Shown piece by piece: positions 48,152-58,036 of a stretch of DNA of 64,000 bases; the first letter of the stretch is position 1, and each line of letters starts with the position of its first letter. The notes below the pieces were generated by a model. It had not been told where the DNA came from and made no database searches. It saw only the letters and a program-made list of their open reading frames with translations. Both the position numbers and the translations under genes were made by a program. The stretch is from Arenicellales bacterium (GTDB lineage: Bacteria > Pseudomonadota > Gammaproteobacteria > Arenicellales > JAJDZL01), in assembly GCA_965200765.1 (NCBI GenBank), contig OZ241380.1, positions 2,706,417 to 2,770,416 on the forward strand. Reading direction: 5' to 3'.

Positions 48152-48536
48152 GCAAGCTCGAATTCTTCTGGAAGCGGCAAAGCGCAATTATTTGGCATTG
48201 ACAGGGATGGACGATACTGTTGTATTTTCTGATGAAATTTTTGGATTCCATGTGCAACAGGCAATTGAAAAGCTACTCAAAGCCTGGTTGGCATCACTGG
48301 ACATTCAATATCCAATCACACACGATCTACAGCGATTGTTGGAAATTTTGGAACAAAATAACCAAGATGTTTCACAATTTGGAGAGTTGCATTTCTATAC
48401 GCCATTCTCGGTTCAATTCCGTTATGGCGATGTGTATTCAAGCGTTGGTCCTGTTAATCGACATGAAGCAAAACAACAGGTTGAATTTCTCTTGCAACAC
48501 GTAAAAAATTTTTTGGAACAGAAGCAGAAAAATTGA
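48138..48536 (+). CDS. HEPN domain protein (partner of MNT)
   Basis: 132-aa helical protein with FHVQQAIEKLLKAWL and PITHDLQRL, typical of HEPN (PF05168-like). It overlaps the MNT gene by 14 nt. Confidence 0.75.
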   Translation: MRDGKQARILLEAAKRNYLALTGMDDTVVFSDEIFGFHVQQAIEKLLKAWLASLDIQYPITHDLQRLLEILEQNNQDVSQFGELHFYTPFSVQFRYGDVYSSVGPVNRHEAKQQVEFLLQHVKNFLEQKQKN

Positions 48537-48793
48537 ACTCCAATTATGAGAATTTGAAAACCAAAAAAACCAAGAGGCAATTCCAGCAGATCTTTTTCAC
48601 CGCAAAGCGGCACGCCGACTTCTGTTGTCTTTGCACTTCAGCAATGTTCGCAGGAGCGAGGCTTCAATTGATATTCTTCTTGCACCTCCATATTCGCCAC
48701 TGGAACACAACCGCGTTTCAAGAGCGTTTGAAAGTAGTACAATTAAGCTTCATATTGATTCTAATTGAATGAACTGAAGAGAGGCACAAGGCT

Positions 48794-48988
48794 ATGAATC
48801 CAGCATATGCCACTTGGGAATTGCTAGTACTCGGCATTATCGGAGTAGCGGTATTGCTCTTTATGTTTCCAGGCGTGCGCCATCTCACCAAGAAAAGTGA
48901 AGAGGCGGAGAAAGACTGGCCCGGCTTCCTGATTCCGATTGGTGTAGTGATACTGTTTGTAATCCTGCTCATCATGGTTGTTCGGTAG
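48794..48988 (+). CDS. Small two-TM membrane protein, hypothetical
   Basis: 64 aa with two clear hydrophobic helices (WELLVLGIIGVAVLLFMF and FLIPIGVVILFVILLIMVV). GAGAGG lies upstream of the ATG. Confidence 0.45.
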   Translation: MNPAYATWELLVLGIIGVAVLLFMFPGVRHLTKKSEEAEKDWPGFLIPIGVVILFVILLIMVVR

Positions 48989-49050
48989 AATCAGGCAGTC
49001 CGAATATCAATCCGAATGTTCCATATGACCAACTAAGGCAAAGCAATTTT

Positions 49051-49749
49051 ATGGCAAAAAAGAAAGCAATTCTGCTTCGCCACATGCCTGGCGAGCGTAA
49101 TGACCGGGTTCAGCACTGGTTGCAAGGCAACAACGTCGAACTGACCCATGTAAATCCGGCCTGCGGGGTTCCACTACCTGATGGTCCGAAAGGATTCGAT
49201 GCTCTGGTGGTCTACGGCGGTATCCAAAGTGCAAATGATACTGACGAAAGTCCTTATATCCCCGAAGAATTGGAGTGGCTTTCCAATTGGATTGAAGCCG
49301 GTCAGCCAGTACTTGGAATTTGCCTTGGGTCACAAATGCTGGCCAAATGCCTCGGCGGGGAAGTATCTCGCTTGCAGAATAACCGAACAGAAAGCGGATT
49401 TTTTCGTATCGAGCCCACTGAGCTTTCGAATGGCTTTCTGGATGAACCGGCTTACTTTTATCAATGGCACAGCGAAGGATTCACACTCCCGTCGAATTGC
49501 GAGTTGCTGGCTACCGGCGAACACTGTCCAAATCAGGCGTTTCGCTACAAGTCCAATGTTTACGCGGTTCAGTTTCATCCCGAAGTGACTCGCGAAATGC
49601 TCAGTAAATGGGTTGTGGCCGGAGGATATATGCTTGGTAAAAACGGTGCGCATCCTGCCGACCGTCAACTGAACGATGAATTGCAGTACGGCGAACCGAT
49701 GGACAAGTGGTGCTCAGGCTTTATGGAACACTGGATTCAAACCTGGTAA
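49051..49749 (+). CDS. Class I glutamine amidotransferase-like protein
   Basis: Nucleophile elbow VLGICLGSQMLA and the His-Glu pair in VQFHPEV. Confidence 0.8.
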   Translation: MAKKKAILLRHMPGERNDRVQHWLQGNNVELTHVNPACGVPLPDGPKGFDALVVYGGIQSANDTDESPYIPEELEWLSNWIEAGQPVLGICLGSQMLAKCLGGEVSRLQNNRTESGFFRIEPTELSNGFLDEPAYFYQWHSEGFTLPSNCELLATGEHCPNQAFRYKSNVYAVQFHPEVTREMLSKWVVAGGYMLGKNGAHPADRQLNDELQYGEPMDKWCSGFMEHWIQTW

Positions 49750-49778
49750 CCAATCGCCAGATCACACAGAATTTCATC

Positions 49779-52424
49779 ATGCAACGAACCTACCTGACGG
49801 ACTATCAGCCGCCAAATTTTCTGATTCCGGAAGTTGAACTGGAATTTGAGTTGAACCCTGCCAGTACGGTCGTGCACTCCAGGTCAATAGTCGAGCGAGC
49901 GGCAACCGGCAACGGTGAAGCACTGCGATTGGACGGCGAAAATCTGGAACTGAACAAATTGCAAATCAATGATCACGTCCTGTCGAACAGCGAATATCAA
50001 TTCATTGACAACCAGTTGCTGATTCCCGATGTCCCGGACCGCTTCACGCTTCGGGTGGTAAACACCATACGTCCAAAAAACAATGAAACATTCTCCGGAC
50101 TGTATATGTCCGGCAACATTCTGTGCACACAGTGCGAGGCCGAAGGTTTCAGACGTATCACCTATTGGCCCGACCGTCCTGACATACTCAGTCGCTACAC
50201 CGTAAAAGTTGTCAGTGACCAAAACGACTTTCCGGTACTGTTGTCGAATGGTGAATTGCTGGAAGAAGGCTTGATGCCGGATAATCGCCACTTTGCAGTT
50301 TGGCAAGATCCTTTTCCAAAACCTTCTTATCTGTTCGCGCTTGTTGCTGGAAAATTGTCTGTCCTGCATGATGAATTCATCACAAGGAGCGGCAAACGAG
50401 TCGCGCTTCAGTTCTATGCCCCTGAACAGGATTTGCACAAATGCGGTCATGGCATGGACTGCCTGAAAAATGCCATGCGCTGGGACGAGGAAGTCTATGG
50501 ACGCGAATACGACATGAATCGCTTCATGCTCGTCGCAGTGGATGAATTCAATATGGGCGCAATGGAAAACAAGGGCTTGAACATCTTCAATTCAAAATAC
50601 GTCTATGCCAAGCCGGAAAGTGCGACCGACCAGGACTATGAAGCAATAGAAAGCGTGATTGCGCATGAGTACTTTCACAACTGGTCCGGCAACCGGGTTA
50701 CTGTGCGCGACTGGTTCCAGCTGAGTTTGAAAGAAGGCTTCACGATATTTCGCGACCAGCAATTCAGCTCGGACATGGGTTCTGCGGATGTAAAAAGAAT
50801 CTACGACGCGAACATGATCAAGATTCATCAGTTTCGCGAAGCCGAGGGCCCGAACGCTCATCCGGTTCAACCTGATTCCTATTTGGCCATCGATAATTTC
50901 TATACACTGACTGTCTACAACAAAGGTGCCGAGCTAATCCGCATGATGCGCGTTTTGCTGGGCCCGGAAAATTTCCGGCGTGGTACCGACTTGTACTTTG
51001 AGCAAAACGACGGTCAGGCAGTAACAATTGAAGAGTTTGTTGCCGCGCTGGAAACAGCCAGCGGTATTGATCTGCAACAGTTTCGCCGCTGGTACAAGCG
51101 TTTCGGCACGCCAGCCCTGATGTTTGAGCGTTCTTACGATGCGGCGCAAAAGACCTACACGATTACAGTTGACCAAATATGTGCAGGCAACGATGATTCT
51201 GTTGCCGCGTCCAAGCCGTTGCATGTACCGATTGCAGTTGCCCTGCTGGGGAAAAATGGCAACAAGATGCCACTTCACTTGCAACCCGGTTCGGATTCAG
51301 TCGGGCAGGAGACGTTGCTGGAACTCAGGCAAAATCGGGAATCGTTTGTCTTTCATAATGTAAATGAAATGCCGGTACCTTCCTTGTTGCGAGGATTTTC
51401 CGCGCCTGTAAAGACAGTCGTGGATCTTGCAGACGATGAACTGTATTTCATTGTCGCACATGACGACGATGCCTGTTCTCGCTGGGAGGCAATGCAACGC
51501 ATCGCAATCAAGCAAATTCAGCAATTGATCCAATCAGAAGGCGACAACACATCTGCCGAGGTGGATGAACAATTCACCAGCGCATTCCAATCTGTATTGC
51601 TCGCCAAGATCGATGACCTGGAATACAAGGCACTATTGTTAACGTTGCCATCCGAATTGTCGGTCGCTCAAACAATGGATGTGATCGACCCGGCGGCGAT
51701 TCACAAAGCAAGGAAGCAACTTGTAACAACTCTTGCCAGTCAGTTTACCAGCGAGTTCACAAATTTGTATCAACAACCGGTGCCGAAAAGAAAAACAGCG
51801 TATGACCCCAAAGTGGCCGCGGCCCGGAGCCTGAGGAATTTATGCCTGAAGTACCTGAACCAAAATAACAATTCGCAAGCCTGGGATCTTGCATACCGGC
51901 AGTTTACGTCCAGTTCAAACATGACCGACGAAATTGCCGCACTGGGTGCAATCGTAAATTCTGATAGTGGGCAGAAGAACAATGCGCTGGATTCGTTCTA
52001 TACAAAGTGGCGGCAGGACTCACTCGTCATTGACAAGTGGTTTCGTATTCAGGCGACCGCCAGTCGCGACGATACCCTGAGTGTCGTGGAACAACTGACT
52101 CAACATGAATCGTTCACCATCAACGTACCCAATCGGGTGTATGCGCTGATTGGTAGTTTTTGTGGTGCAAATCCGTATTGCTTTCATAACCCGGATGGCT
52201 CCGGATATGATCTGCTGACCAAATTGGTTCTGGAACTCGATTCATCCAACCCTCAGCTTGCTGCCCGTCTTGCGACGACATTTTCCGACATTCGCAAGCT
52301 CTATCCGCAGTTACGCGCCACCATGCTTGCACGACTGAACCGGATCGCAACTCGATCTCTTTCGGTGAATTTAAGCGAAATTATCGAAAAGACCCTGAAT
52401 ACTGCTAATGCAACAGTTGAGTAG
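49779..52424 (+). CDS. pepN: Aminopeptidase N (M1 family)
   Basis: GAMENKG exopeptidase motif, HEYFHNWSGNRVT-x-WFQLSLKEG zinc site, and a PepN-type C-terminal domain. I prefer the ATG at 49779 (MQRTYLTDYQPPNF) over the track start at 49707. Confidence 0.93.
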   Translation: MQRTYLTDYQPPNFLIPEVELEFELNPASTVVHSRSIVERAATGNGEALRLDGENLELNKLQINDHVLSNSEYQFIDNQLLIPDVPDRFTLRVVNTIRPKNNETFSGLYMSGNILCTQCEAEGFRRITYWPDRPDILSRYTVKVVSDQNDFPVLLSNGELLEEGLMPDNRHFAVWQDPFPKPSYLFALVAGKLSVLHDEFITRSGKRVALQFYAPEQDLHKCGHGMDCLKNAMRWDEEVYGREYDMNRFMLVAVDEFNMGAMENKGLNIFNSKYVYAKPESATDQDYEAIESVIAHEYFHNWSGNRVTVRDWFQLSLKEGFTIFRDQQFSSDMGSADVKRIYDANMIKIHQFREAEGPNAHPVQPDSYLAIDNFYTLTVYNKGAELIRMMRVLLGPENFRRGTDLYFEQNDGQAVTIEEFVAALETASGIDLQQFRRWYKRFGTPALMFERSYDAAQKTYTITVDQICAGNDDSVAASKPLHVPIAVALLGKNGNKMPLHLQPGSDSVGQETLLELRQNRESFVFHNVNEMPVPSLLRGFSAPVKTVVDLADDELYFIVAHDDDACSRWEAMQRIAIKQIQQLIQSEGDNTSAEVDEQFTSAFQSVLLAKIDDLEYKALLLTLPSELSVAQTMDVIDPAAIHKARKQLVTTLASQFTSEFTNLYQQPVPKRKTAYDPKVAAARSLRNLCLKYLNQNNNSQAWDLAYRQFTSSSNMTDEIAALGAIVNSDSGQKNNALDSFYTKWRQDSLVIDKWFRIQATASRDDTLSVVEQLTQHESFTINVPNRVYALIGSFCGANPYCFHNPDGSGYDLLTKLVLELDSSNPQLAARLATTFSDIRKLYPQLRATMLARLNRIATRSLSVNLSEIIEKTLNTANATVE

Positions 52425-52453
52425 TATTCGTTCATTTCAATCCACCCGGATCA

Positions 52454-53170
52454 ATGCCACAATCCCGCGATATTCAAAAACGCCCCTCAACCAGTACGGA
52501 AGTCGATGAATTTCTGCAGAAGGTTGCACTCGCACCGCGACCGTCTTCGACTGGCACCCGCGGCCGATTGATTTTCGGCATGGATGCCACTGCCAGCCGC
52601 GAACCAATGTGGGATACGGCCTGCCATATCCAGTCCGAAATGTTTTCGGCGGCCGCCGCACATGGCGGACTGAACATCCAACTTTGCTATTACCGGGGAT
52701 TTCACGAATTCTTTGCCAGTTCCTGGACCAGTGCATCTGCCCAGCTGCTACCCATTATGACTGGCACCAAATGCGTAGGTGGCCTGACGCAAATCTCCCG
52801 TTTGCTTGATCACGCAATTCGCGAAAGCAGTGGCACCCGTGTCAATGCGCTGGTATTTGTTGGCGATGCCGTGGAAGAAAATGTGGATGTGCTGGCCGAC
52901 AAAGCTGGCAAGATGGGGATTATCGGATTACCGGCATTTGTTTTTCACGAAGGCTACAATCCGGTAGCCGAGCAGGCATTCAGGCAAATTGCAACGCTCA
53001 GTGGCGGTGCTTATTGCCGTTTCGACGCATCTAGTGCGCAACAACTCAAAGACTTGCTTACCGCAGTAGCGGTTTATGCTTCCGGTGGGCGCAAGGCATT
53101 GGAAGACCTGGGCAAGAAAAATCGCGGCGTTGTCGCGCAACTGACCCATCAGATGAAAGGCCGGAAATGA
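52454..53170 (+). CDS. von Willebrand factor A-like domain protein
   Basis: MIDAS-like GMDATASR near the start of the domain, with an alternating beta/alpha pattern. Its stop overlaps the next gene's start (ATGA). Confidence 0.55.
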   Translation: MPQSRDIQKRPSTSTEVDEFLQKVALAPRPSSTGTRGRLIFGMDATASREPMWDTACHIQSEMFSAAAAHGGLNIQLCYYRGFHEFFASSWTSASAQLLPIMTGTKCVGGLTQISRLLDHAIRESSGTRVNALVFVGDAVEENVDVLADKAGKMGIIGLPAFVFHEGYNPVAEQAFRQIATLSGGAYCRFDASSAQQLKDLLTAVAVYASGGRKALEDLGKKNRGVVAQLTHQMKGRK

Positions 53171-53892
53171 TCCGCATCTTCATTGCAATCATAGTACTTG
53201 TCGGCGTAATGTGGTTTGTTGCCCGCTTGGGACGAGTGTCACCCGTTCAACAGGCCAAGTACATGAAACTTGCAGCACTCTACATTGCCGGCGCAATTCT
53301 TTTGTTTCTGGTTTTCACCGGCAAGTTGCACGCGTTGTTTGCTTTGGCGGCCGTGGCCATACCCTGGATACAAAGGATCATTATGTTGCGAAGTGCCTAT
53401 AACATGTTCAAATCGTGGACCGGCCCGGTGCAAGGTGCCAAACCGGGACAAACATCGGACATTCGCACCAAGTACTTTGAAATGACACTCAACCATGATA
53501 CCGGGGACGTTACAGGCACGGTTTTGACGGGGAAACATCAAGGTCAAACGCTAGACAGCCTGAGCATTGAAGAACTTGCAGAACTGTTGCAAGAATGCAA
53601 TCGCAGAGATGAGCAATCAGCTTCCATACTGCAAACCTATCTGGACCGGATGAGAACGGATGAATGGGAAGAATACGTAAATACCCATACAGAAAGCGAA
53701 GCTCCCGAAGGTGCGTCCAGCGACATGTCATTCGCTGAAGCCCTGCAGGTTCTCGGTTTGGAAGAAGGTGCAACACGGGAAGAAATCATTGAAGCCCATC
53801 GTGTCATGATGCAACGCAATCACCCGGACCGCGGTGGCTCTACCTGGGTTGCTGCAAGAATTAATCAAGCCAAAGAAATTTTATTGTCATAA
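53167..53892 (+). CDS. Membrane-anchored J-domain protein (DjlA-like topology)
   Basis: N-terminal TM helices, then a C-terminal J domain: FAEALQVLGLEEGATREEIIEAHRVMMQRNHPDRGGS (HPD motif). Confidence 0.75.
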   Translation: MIRIFIAIIVLVGVMWFVARLGRVSPVQQAKYMKLAALYIAGAILLFLVFTGKLHALFALAAVAIPWIQRIIMLRSAYNMFKSWTGPVQGAKPGQTSDIRTKYFEMTLNHDTGDVTGTVLTGKHQGQTLDSLSIEELAELLQECNRRDEQSASILQTYLDRMRTDEWEEYVNTHTESEAPEGASSDMSFAEALQVLGLEEGATREEIIEAHRVMMQRNHPDRGGSTWVAARINQAKEILLS

Positions 53893-53898
53893 CTTGCC

Positions 53899-55092
53899 AT
53901 GAAATATTTCAGTTTCAAAATTATTGCATTCATCTGTATTTTTCTGTCGACGGCAACCGTTGCAGACCTGAAATTGAAGGAGCAAAAAATTCAGGACCCG
54001 GATATGGGTGAAGTGTCGCTGATGGTGCCGGTCGGCTACAAGCTTGAAGTCGTCAACAGTGACTTGCGTCGACCCAGAATGATTTCATTCGCGCCCAACG
54101 GCGATATGCTCATTGGCTCGCAATTCTATATCTACCGGTTCAAGCCCCCTTACAATACTCTGGACAATTTCGTTCAGATGGAAGGGTATCCGCACAGTGT
54201 CGCCATTCGGGGAGAAGAATTGTTCATTGCCACGACCGGCGGCCTTTACAAATCCACCTATGATGCGAAATCAAGCAAATTTGTATCGGGAGAGACAAAA
54301 CTTGTTGCCAGAATTCCGGGCGGCTTTGGTCACAGTTCGAGAACTGTCGGTGTAGGCCCTGACAATAATATTTACGTAAGTATCGGCATCAGCGGCAATT
54401 GCAGCGACCAGTTCTTGTCGGATTCCTACCGATTTGGAAATCGTCGCGGCGGAGTCATGCAGCTGGACGAGTCGACAGAGAACCCGCGCTGGCTACCCTT
54501 TGCAACCGGACTCAGAAATCCGGTTGATTTCGACTGGCATCCAACAACCGGAATCATGTATGCGGCCAACAACGGGCCAGACCATTGGGGGTTTGAACAA
54601 CCACCGGAGTACTTTTCCAAGTTGCTCCCCGGTTCATTTCACGGAATGCCATGGTTTCAATTTGACGGCTCAAAGTTGCGGCGAGATCCATGCGCTGATT
54701 CCGATCCGCCATACGGGATAGACCAGGTAAGTTTGCCGGTTGCATTATTCCCCTCGCGCAATGCCCCGTTGGGTTTGACATTTGTTCCACAAAATGCAAT
54801 GGACAAGGAATTCGAACTCAACGCAATTGTCGCATTGCACGGTTCCTGGGGTACATTGCCGGATGGAACTTTCAGCGGCGAACCCGCGACGCGACGGCCG
54901 CCGGCTATTGTCATGGTGAGATTTGAAAACGGTGAAGCAACCGGAGTTGAGTCGGTCGTGACCGGCTTTCAGTTGAAAGACGGACAAAGATGGGCGCGTC
55001 CGGCGGATGTTGCCATTGCACCCACCGGGGAAATGTATTTCACCAGTGACGGCGGACAATTGCAAGGGTTGCTGCGACTGACAAAGGAATAA
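53899..55092 (+). CDS. Secreted beta-propeller sugar dehydrogenase-like protein (sorbosone/glucose dehydrogenase SGL family)
   Basis: Signal peptide (IAFICIFLSTATVA), then the motifs GPDNNIYVSIG, GLRNPVDFDWHP.TG.MYAANNGPD and HGSWG. Confidence 0.65.
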   Translation: MKYFSFKIIAFICIFLSTATVADLKLKEQKIQDPDMGEVSLMVPVGYKLEVVNSDLRRPRMISFAPNGDMLIGSQFYIYRFKPPYNTLDNFVQMEGYPHSVAIRGEELFIATTGGLYKSTYDAKSSKFVSGETKLVARIPGGFGHSSRTVGVGPDNNIYVSIGISGNCSDQFLSDSYRFGNRRGGVMQLDESTENPRWLPFATGLRNPVDFDWHPTTGIMYAANNGPDHWGFEQPPEYFSKLLPGSFHGMPWFQFDGSKLRRDPCADSDPPYGIDQVSLPVALFPSRNAPLGLTFVPQNAMDKEFELNAIVALHGSWGTLPDGTFSGEPATRRPPAIVMVRFENGEATGVESVVTGFQLKDGQRWARPADVAIAPTGEMYFTSDGGQLQGLLRLTKE

Positions 55093-55114
55093 CAAAGTAT
55101 GGAGTTGTAATTGG

Positions 55115-56293
55115 ATGGCAGAGAATCTAAACTTTTCGATTGAAGAATTCAATAGCCGACTGGATAAAACCCGTACGGCCATGGAAGCCTCAGGAATTGA
55201 GCTTCTCATTGTTGTTGACCCGTCGAATATGAACTGGTTGACAGGCTACGATGGCTGGTCGTTCTACACGCATCAATGCGTACTGGTCACTCAGTCCGGC
55301 GAACCTATTTGGTACGGACGGGCAATGGATGCGAAGGGCGCCGTGAGGACTGTTTACATGTCCGACGACAGAATTATTCCATATCCGGATATCTATGTTC
55401 AGACACCTGAACGACATCCGATGGACTTGCTGGCACAAATTGTCAATGACAAGGGATGGGGCAACTGTCGAATCGGCGTGGAAATGGACAACTACTATTT
55501 TTCCGCCGCTACGTTTCAATCACTTCAGAACGGCTTGCCTGATGCAAAGTTCCAGGATGCAACCGGTCTTGTGAATTGGCAACGTACTGTCAAGTCCGAA
55601 CAGGAACTCGTGTACATGAAGCGCGCCGGTCGAATTGTTGAAGAAATGCACCGAAGAATTTTTGAGAGAATCGAACCGGGAATGAGAAAAAATGATTTGG
55701 TCGCAGAAATTTACAGTGCCGCCATTGCAGGCGCAGACGGACATGGCGGTGACTATCCGGCGATTGCACCGATGGTACCATCAGGAGCTGACGCATCGGC
55801 AGCCCATTTGACATGGGATGATCGGCCACTTAAGTCGAATGAAGGAACTTTTTTTGAAATTGCCGGTTGTCATCGACGCTATCACTGCCCTCTTTGTCGC
55901 ACCATTTATTTGGGGAAGCCGCCAAAGAATTTTCTGAATGCTGAACAGGCCGTTCAGGAAGGCATGAGTGCCGGACTGGAACAAGCCATGCCTGGCAATG
56001 TTGCAGAAGATGTGGCCAACGCATTTCATCGCGTATTGAAGAAGCACGGAATGGAAAAAGAATCCAGAGTCGGTTATCCAATCGGTGTCAGCTACCCTCC
56101 GGATTGGGGCGAACGTACCATCAGCTTTCGACCGGGGGACCGTTCAGAGCTCAAGGAAAACATGACTTTTCATTTCATGACAGCAATCTGGGAAGAAGAT
56201 TGGGGACTGGAAGTAACAGAAAGTTTTATCGTGCGTCGTGACGGACCTGAACTTCTTGCCAATTACCCGCGAAAACTGTTTGTCAAAAACTGA
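55115..56293 (+). CDS. M24-family metallopeptidase (creatinase / Xaa-Pro peptidase / ectoine hydrolase-like)
   Basis: Creatinase-type N-domain followed by a pita-bread C-domain (ELVYMKRAGRI, HGGDYPAIAPMV, FEIAGCHRRYH, MTFHFM). Confidence 0.7.
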   Translation: MAENLNFSIEEFNSRLDKTRTAMEASGIELLIVVDPSNMNWLTGYDGWSFYTHQCVLVTQSGEPIWYGRAMDAKGAVRTVYMSDDRIIPYPDIYVQTPERHPMDLLAQIVNDKGWGNCRIGVEMDNYYFSAATFQSLQNGLPDAKFQDATGLVNWQRTVKSEQELVYMKRAGRIVEEMHRRIFERIEPGMRKNDLVAEIYSAAIAGADGHGGDYPAIAPMVPSGADASAAHLTWDDRPLKSNEGTFFEIAGCHRRYHCPLCRTIYLGKPPKNFLNAEQAVQEGMSAGLEQAMPGNVAEDVANAFHRVLKKHGMEKESRVGYPIGVSYPPDWGERTISFRPGDRSELKENMTFHFMTAIWEEDWGLEVTESFIVRRDGPELLANYPRKLFVKN

Positions 56294-56304
56294 AGGCCAA
56301 TGAT

Positions 56305-56946
56305 ATGACCAAAGACACCAACAGAATCCAGCTATACACTTGGGGAACTCCCAATGGTCGCAAGGTTTCAATCGCACTTGAGGAAATGCGGCTCAGCTAC
56401 GATGTACATCCAATTAACATCGGGAAAGATGAACAATTTTCCGATGCTTTCCGAAAAATCAGTCCCAGTAGCAAAATACCTGCCATTGTTGACCCTGATG
56501 GTGCAGACGGCAAACCGATTTCGGTATTTGAATCCGGGGCAATACTGATTCATCTCGCTGAAAAGACCGGTCTGTTTTTTGGCGAAAACACCAGAAGTCG
56601 TTCATTGATTGTTCAATGGCTCATGTGGCAAATGGGCAGTTTTGGTCCGATGTTGGGTCAACTTCACCATTTTCGAAAATTCGCAAATACCAAGGTACCG
56701 TACGCAATTGACCGGTTTGATCAAGCAACCGTCCGCGCCTATCAAACTCTTGATGATCAGTTGAAACAGCATGAATTCGTTGCGGGCGATTATTCGATTG
56801 CAGATATGGCCATCTATCCGTGGGTGGCGCGTTTTGAGTGGCAAAGCCTGGATTTGGAGGACTACCCCGATGTCAAGCGGTGGTTTGATCAAATTGGAAA
56901 TCGACCCGGAGTACAAAGCGGAATGAAGGTACCTTTCCTGAATTGA
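56305..56946 (+). CDS. Glutathione S-transferase, YfcG-like
   Basis: LYTWGTPNGRKVSIALEE...ISPSSKIPAIVD matches the YfcG/Nu-class N-terminal thioredoxin-fold pattern (TPNG.K, ISPN.KIPAIVD). Confidence 0.75.
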   Translation: MTKDTNRIQLYTWGTPNGRKVSIALEEMRLSYDVHPINIGKDEQFSDAFRKISPSSKIPAIVDPDGADGKPISVFESGAILIHLAEKTGLFFGENTRSRSLIVQWLMWQMGSFGPMLGQLHHFRKFANTKVPYAIDRFDQATVRAYQTLDDQLKQHEFVAGDYSIADMAIYPWVARFEWQSLDLEDYPDVKRWFDQIGNRPGVQSGMKVPFLN

Positions 56947-56977
56947 CAATTCAACCGATTTACTAACAGCCAGTGCG

Positions 56978-57865
56978 ATGATTTCACCCGCAATTGTTCT
57001 GTTCGGCACTTTCAGTAATTTCACTCGCGTGGTTCTGGAGCAAATGCTGGAAGTGGGATTGAATGTAACAGGTCTTGTTATTTCAGGTTATGGCCCTGCA
57101 CCAAATCAAAACACAAGCCTGGTGATTCCAGTAAGTCGGGATGCTTCGACTCCGATTGAAGTTTTGTGCAATCGCAACGGAATTCCAGTATTTTTTGCCA
57201 AGGATACTCAGGCATCCCTCATAGAATTTCTGCACCGGCAACAGGCTGAATTCTTTGTTACGGCCTGCTATCCCCGAAAATTGGATGACGAAGTCATCTC
57301 TCTTGCCGGCCGCACCTGTATTAATGTCCATCCGTCAAAACTTCCCGCCTACCGGGGCCCTGACCCAATATTTTGGCAACTCCGACTTGGAGAAACAAAT
57401 ACGGGTGTTTCACTGCATCAGATCACAAGTGTGTTTGATGCCGGCGACCTGTACTCCGTTGTGAGTGTCCCGTATTCAACCGGTGCACACTTGTCCGAAA
57501 TTGAACATCAACTGCTTCGACCTGCAGTTGATGTTCTGAAAGATCTAGTAGAAAGAACGCCGGACCTGACTCCATATTGTCAATCCGAAACACCAAACGC
57601 CGCCTGGTTTCCAAATCCCTGCCCCGACGACTATACAATCAGTTCAGATTCAAAAGCGCAAGTTTGCTTTGATTTTGTGCGTGCCTACGCAAACATGAAT
57701 TTGCCGATTTCCCTTCAAGTACAGGACCGCAAGTTTCATGTGCGAGACGCACTCGAGATCAGCAGAAATTCGGATAGTCCAGTTGCGGTGCGAACGACTG
57801 ATGAATCAGTTTCAATCCGATTTTTGGACGGTAGTATCCTGTTCTTGCTAAATTGCGACATTTGA
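56978..57865 (+). CDS. Formyltransferase-family protein (Fmt/ArnA-N-like)
   Basis: FFVTACYPRKL and INVHPSKLPAYRGPDPIFW (the HxSLLP.yRG formyl-transfer motif), followed by a C-terminal beta-barrel-like region. Confidence 0.7.
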   Translation: MISPAIVLFGTFSNFTRVVLEQMLEVGLNVTGLVISGYGPAPNQNTSLVIPVSRDASTPIEVLCNRNGIPVFFAKDTQASLIEFLHRQQAEFFVTACYPRKLDDEVISLAGRTCINVHPSKLPAYRGPDPIFWQLRLGETNTGVSLHQITSVFDAGDLYSVVSVPYSTGAHLSEIEHQLLRPAVDVLKDLVERTPDLTPYCQSETPNAAWFPNPCPDDYTISSDSKAQVCFDFVRAYANMNLPISLQVQDRKFHVRDALEISRNSDSPVAVRTTDESVSIRFLDGSILFLLNCDI

Positions 57866-57983
57866 CCCGGTTTGTTTCCGTTGGGCGACTCAATCGCGTG
57901 CTTTGCAGGTCAAGTTTACAGGCGATACTTACAGTATTAGTTCCAATAGTTTGTGTATCTATATGATTTCAGTATAAAAAATG

Positions 57984-57992
57984 TGGTAAAAT
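57984..57992 (+). promoter_or_regulatory. Extended -10 promoter candidate TGgTAAAAT upstream of the PBP gene
   Basis: Read directly in an AT-rich spacer. Its position argues against the track's TTG start at 58007. Confidence 0.3.
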
Positions 57993-58036
57993 ATTGAACC
58001 AATAAATTGACTTTTTTACAATTGGTTGCTTTGGAA

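Noticed and set aside
48560-48700. Minus-strand fragment MEVQEEYQLKPRSCEHC*SAKTTEVGVPLCGEKDL, resembling a YgiT/MqsA-type zinc-ribbon antitoxin interrupted by a stop
   Set aside because: It is too short, has only one clear CxxC, and the resemblance is from memory. It could be chance in a non-coding spacer.
49884-50450. 188-aa minus ORF inside pepN. The same applies to 62614..63102 (inside paralog 2), 54745..55209, 33056..33502, 36918..37322, 42834..43256, 23264..23698 and 63565..63915.
   Set aside because: They are antisense shadows of confidently identified genes.
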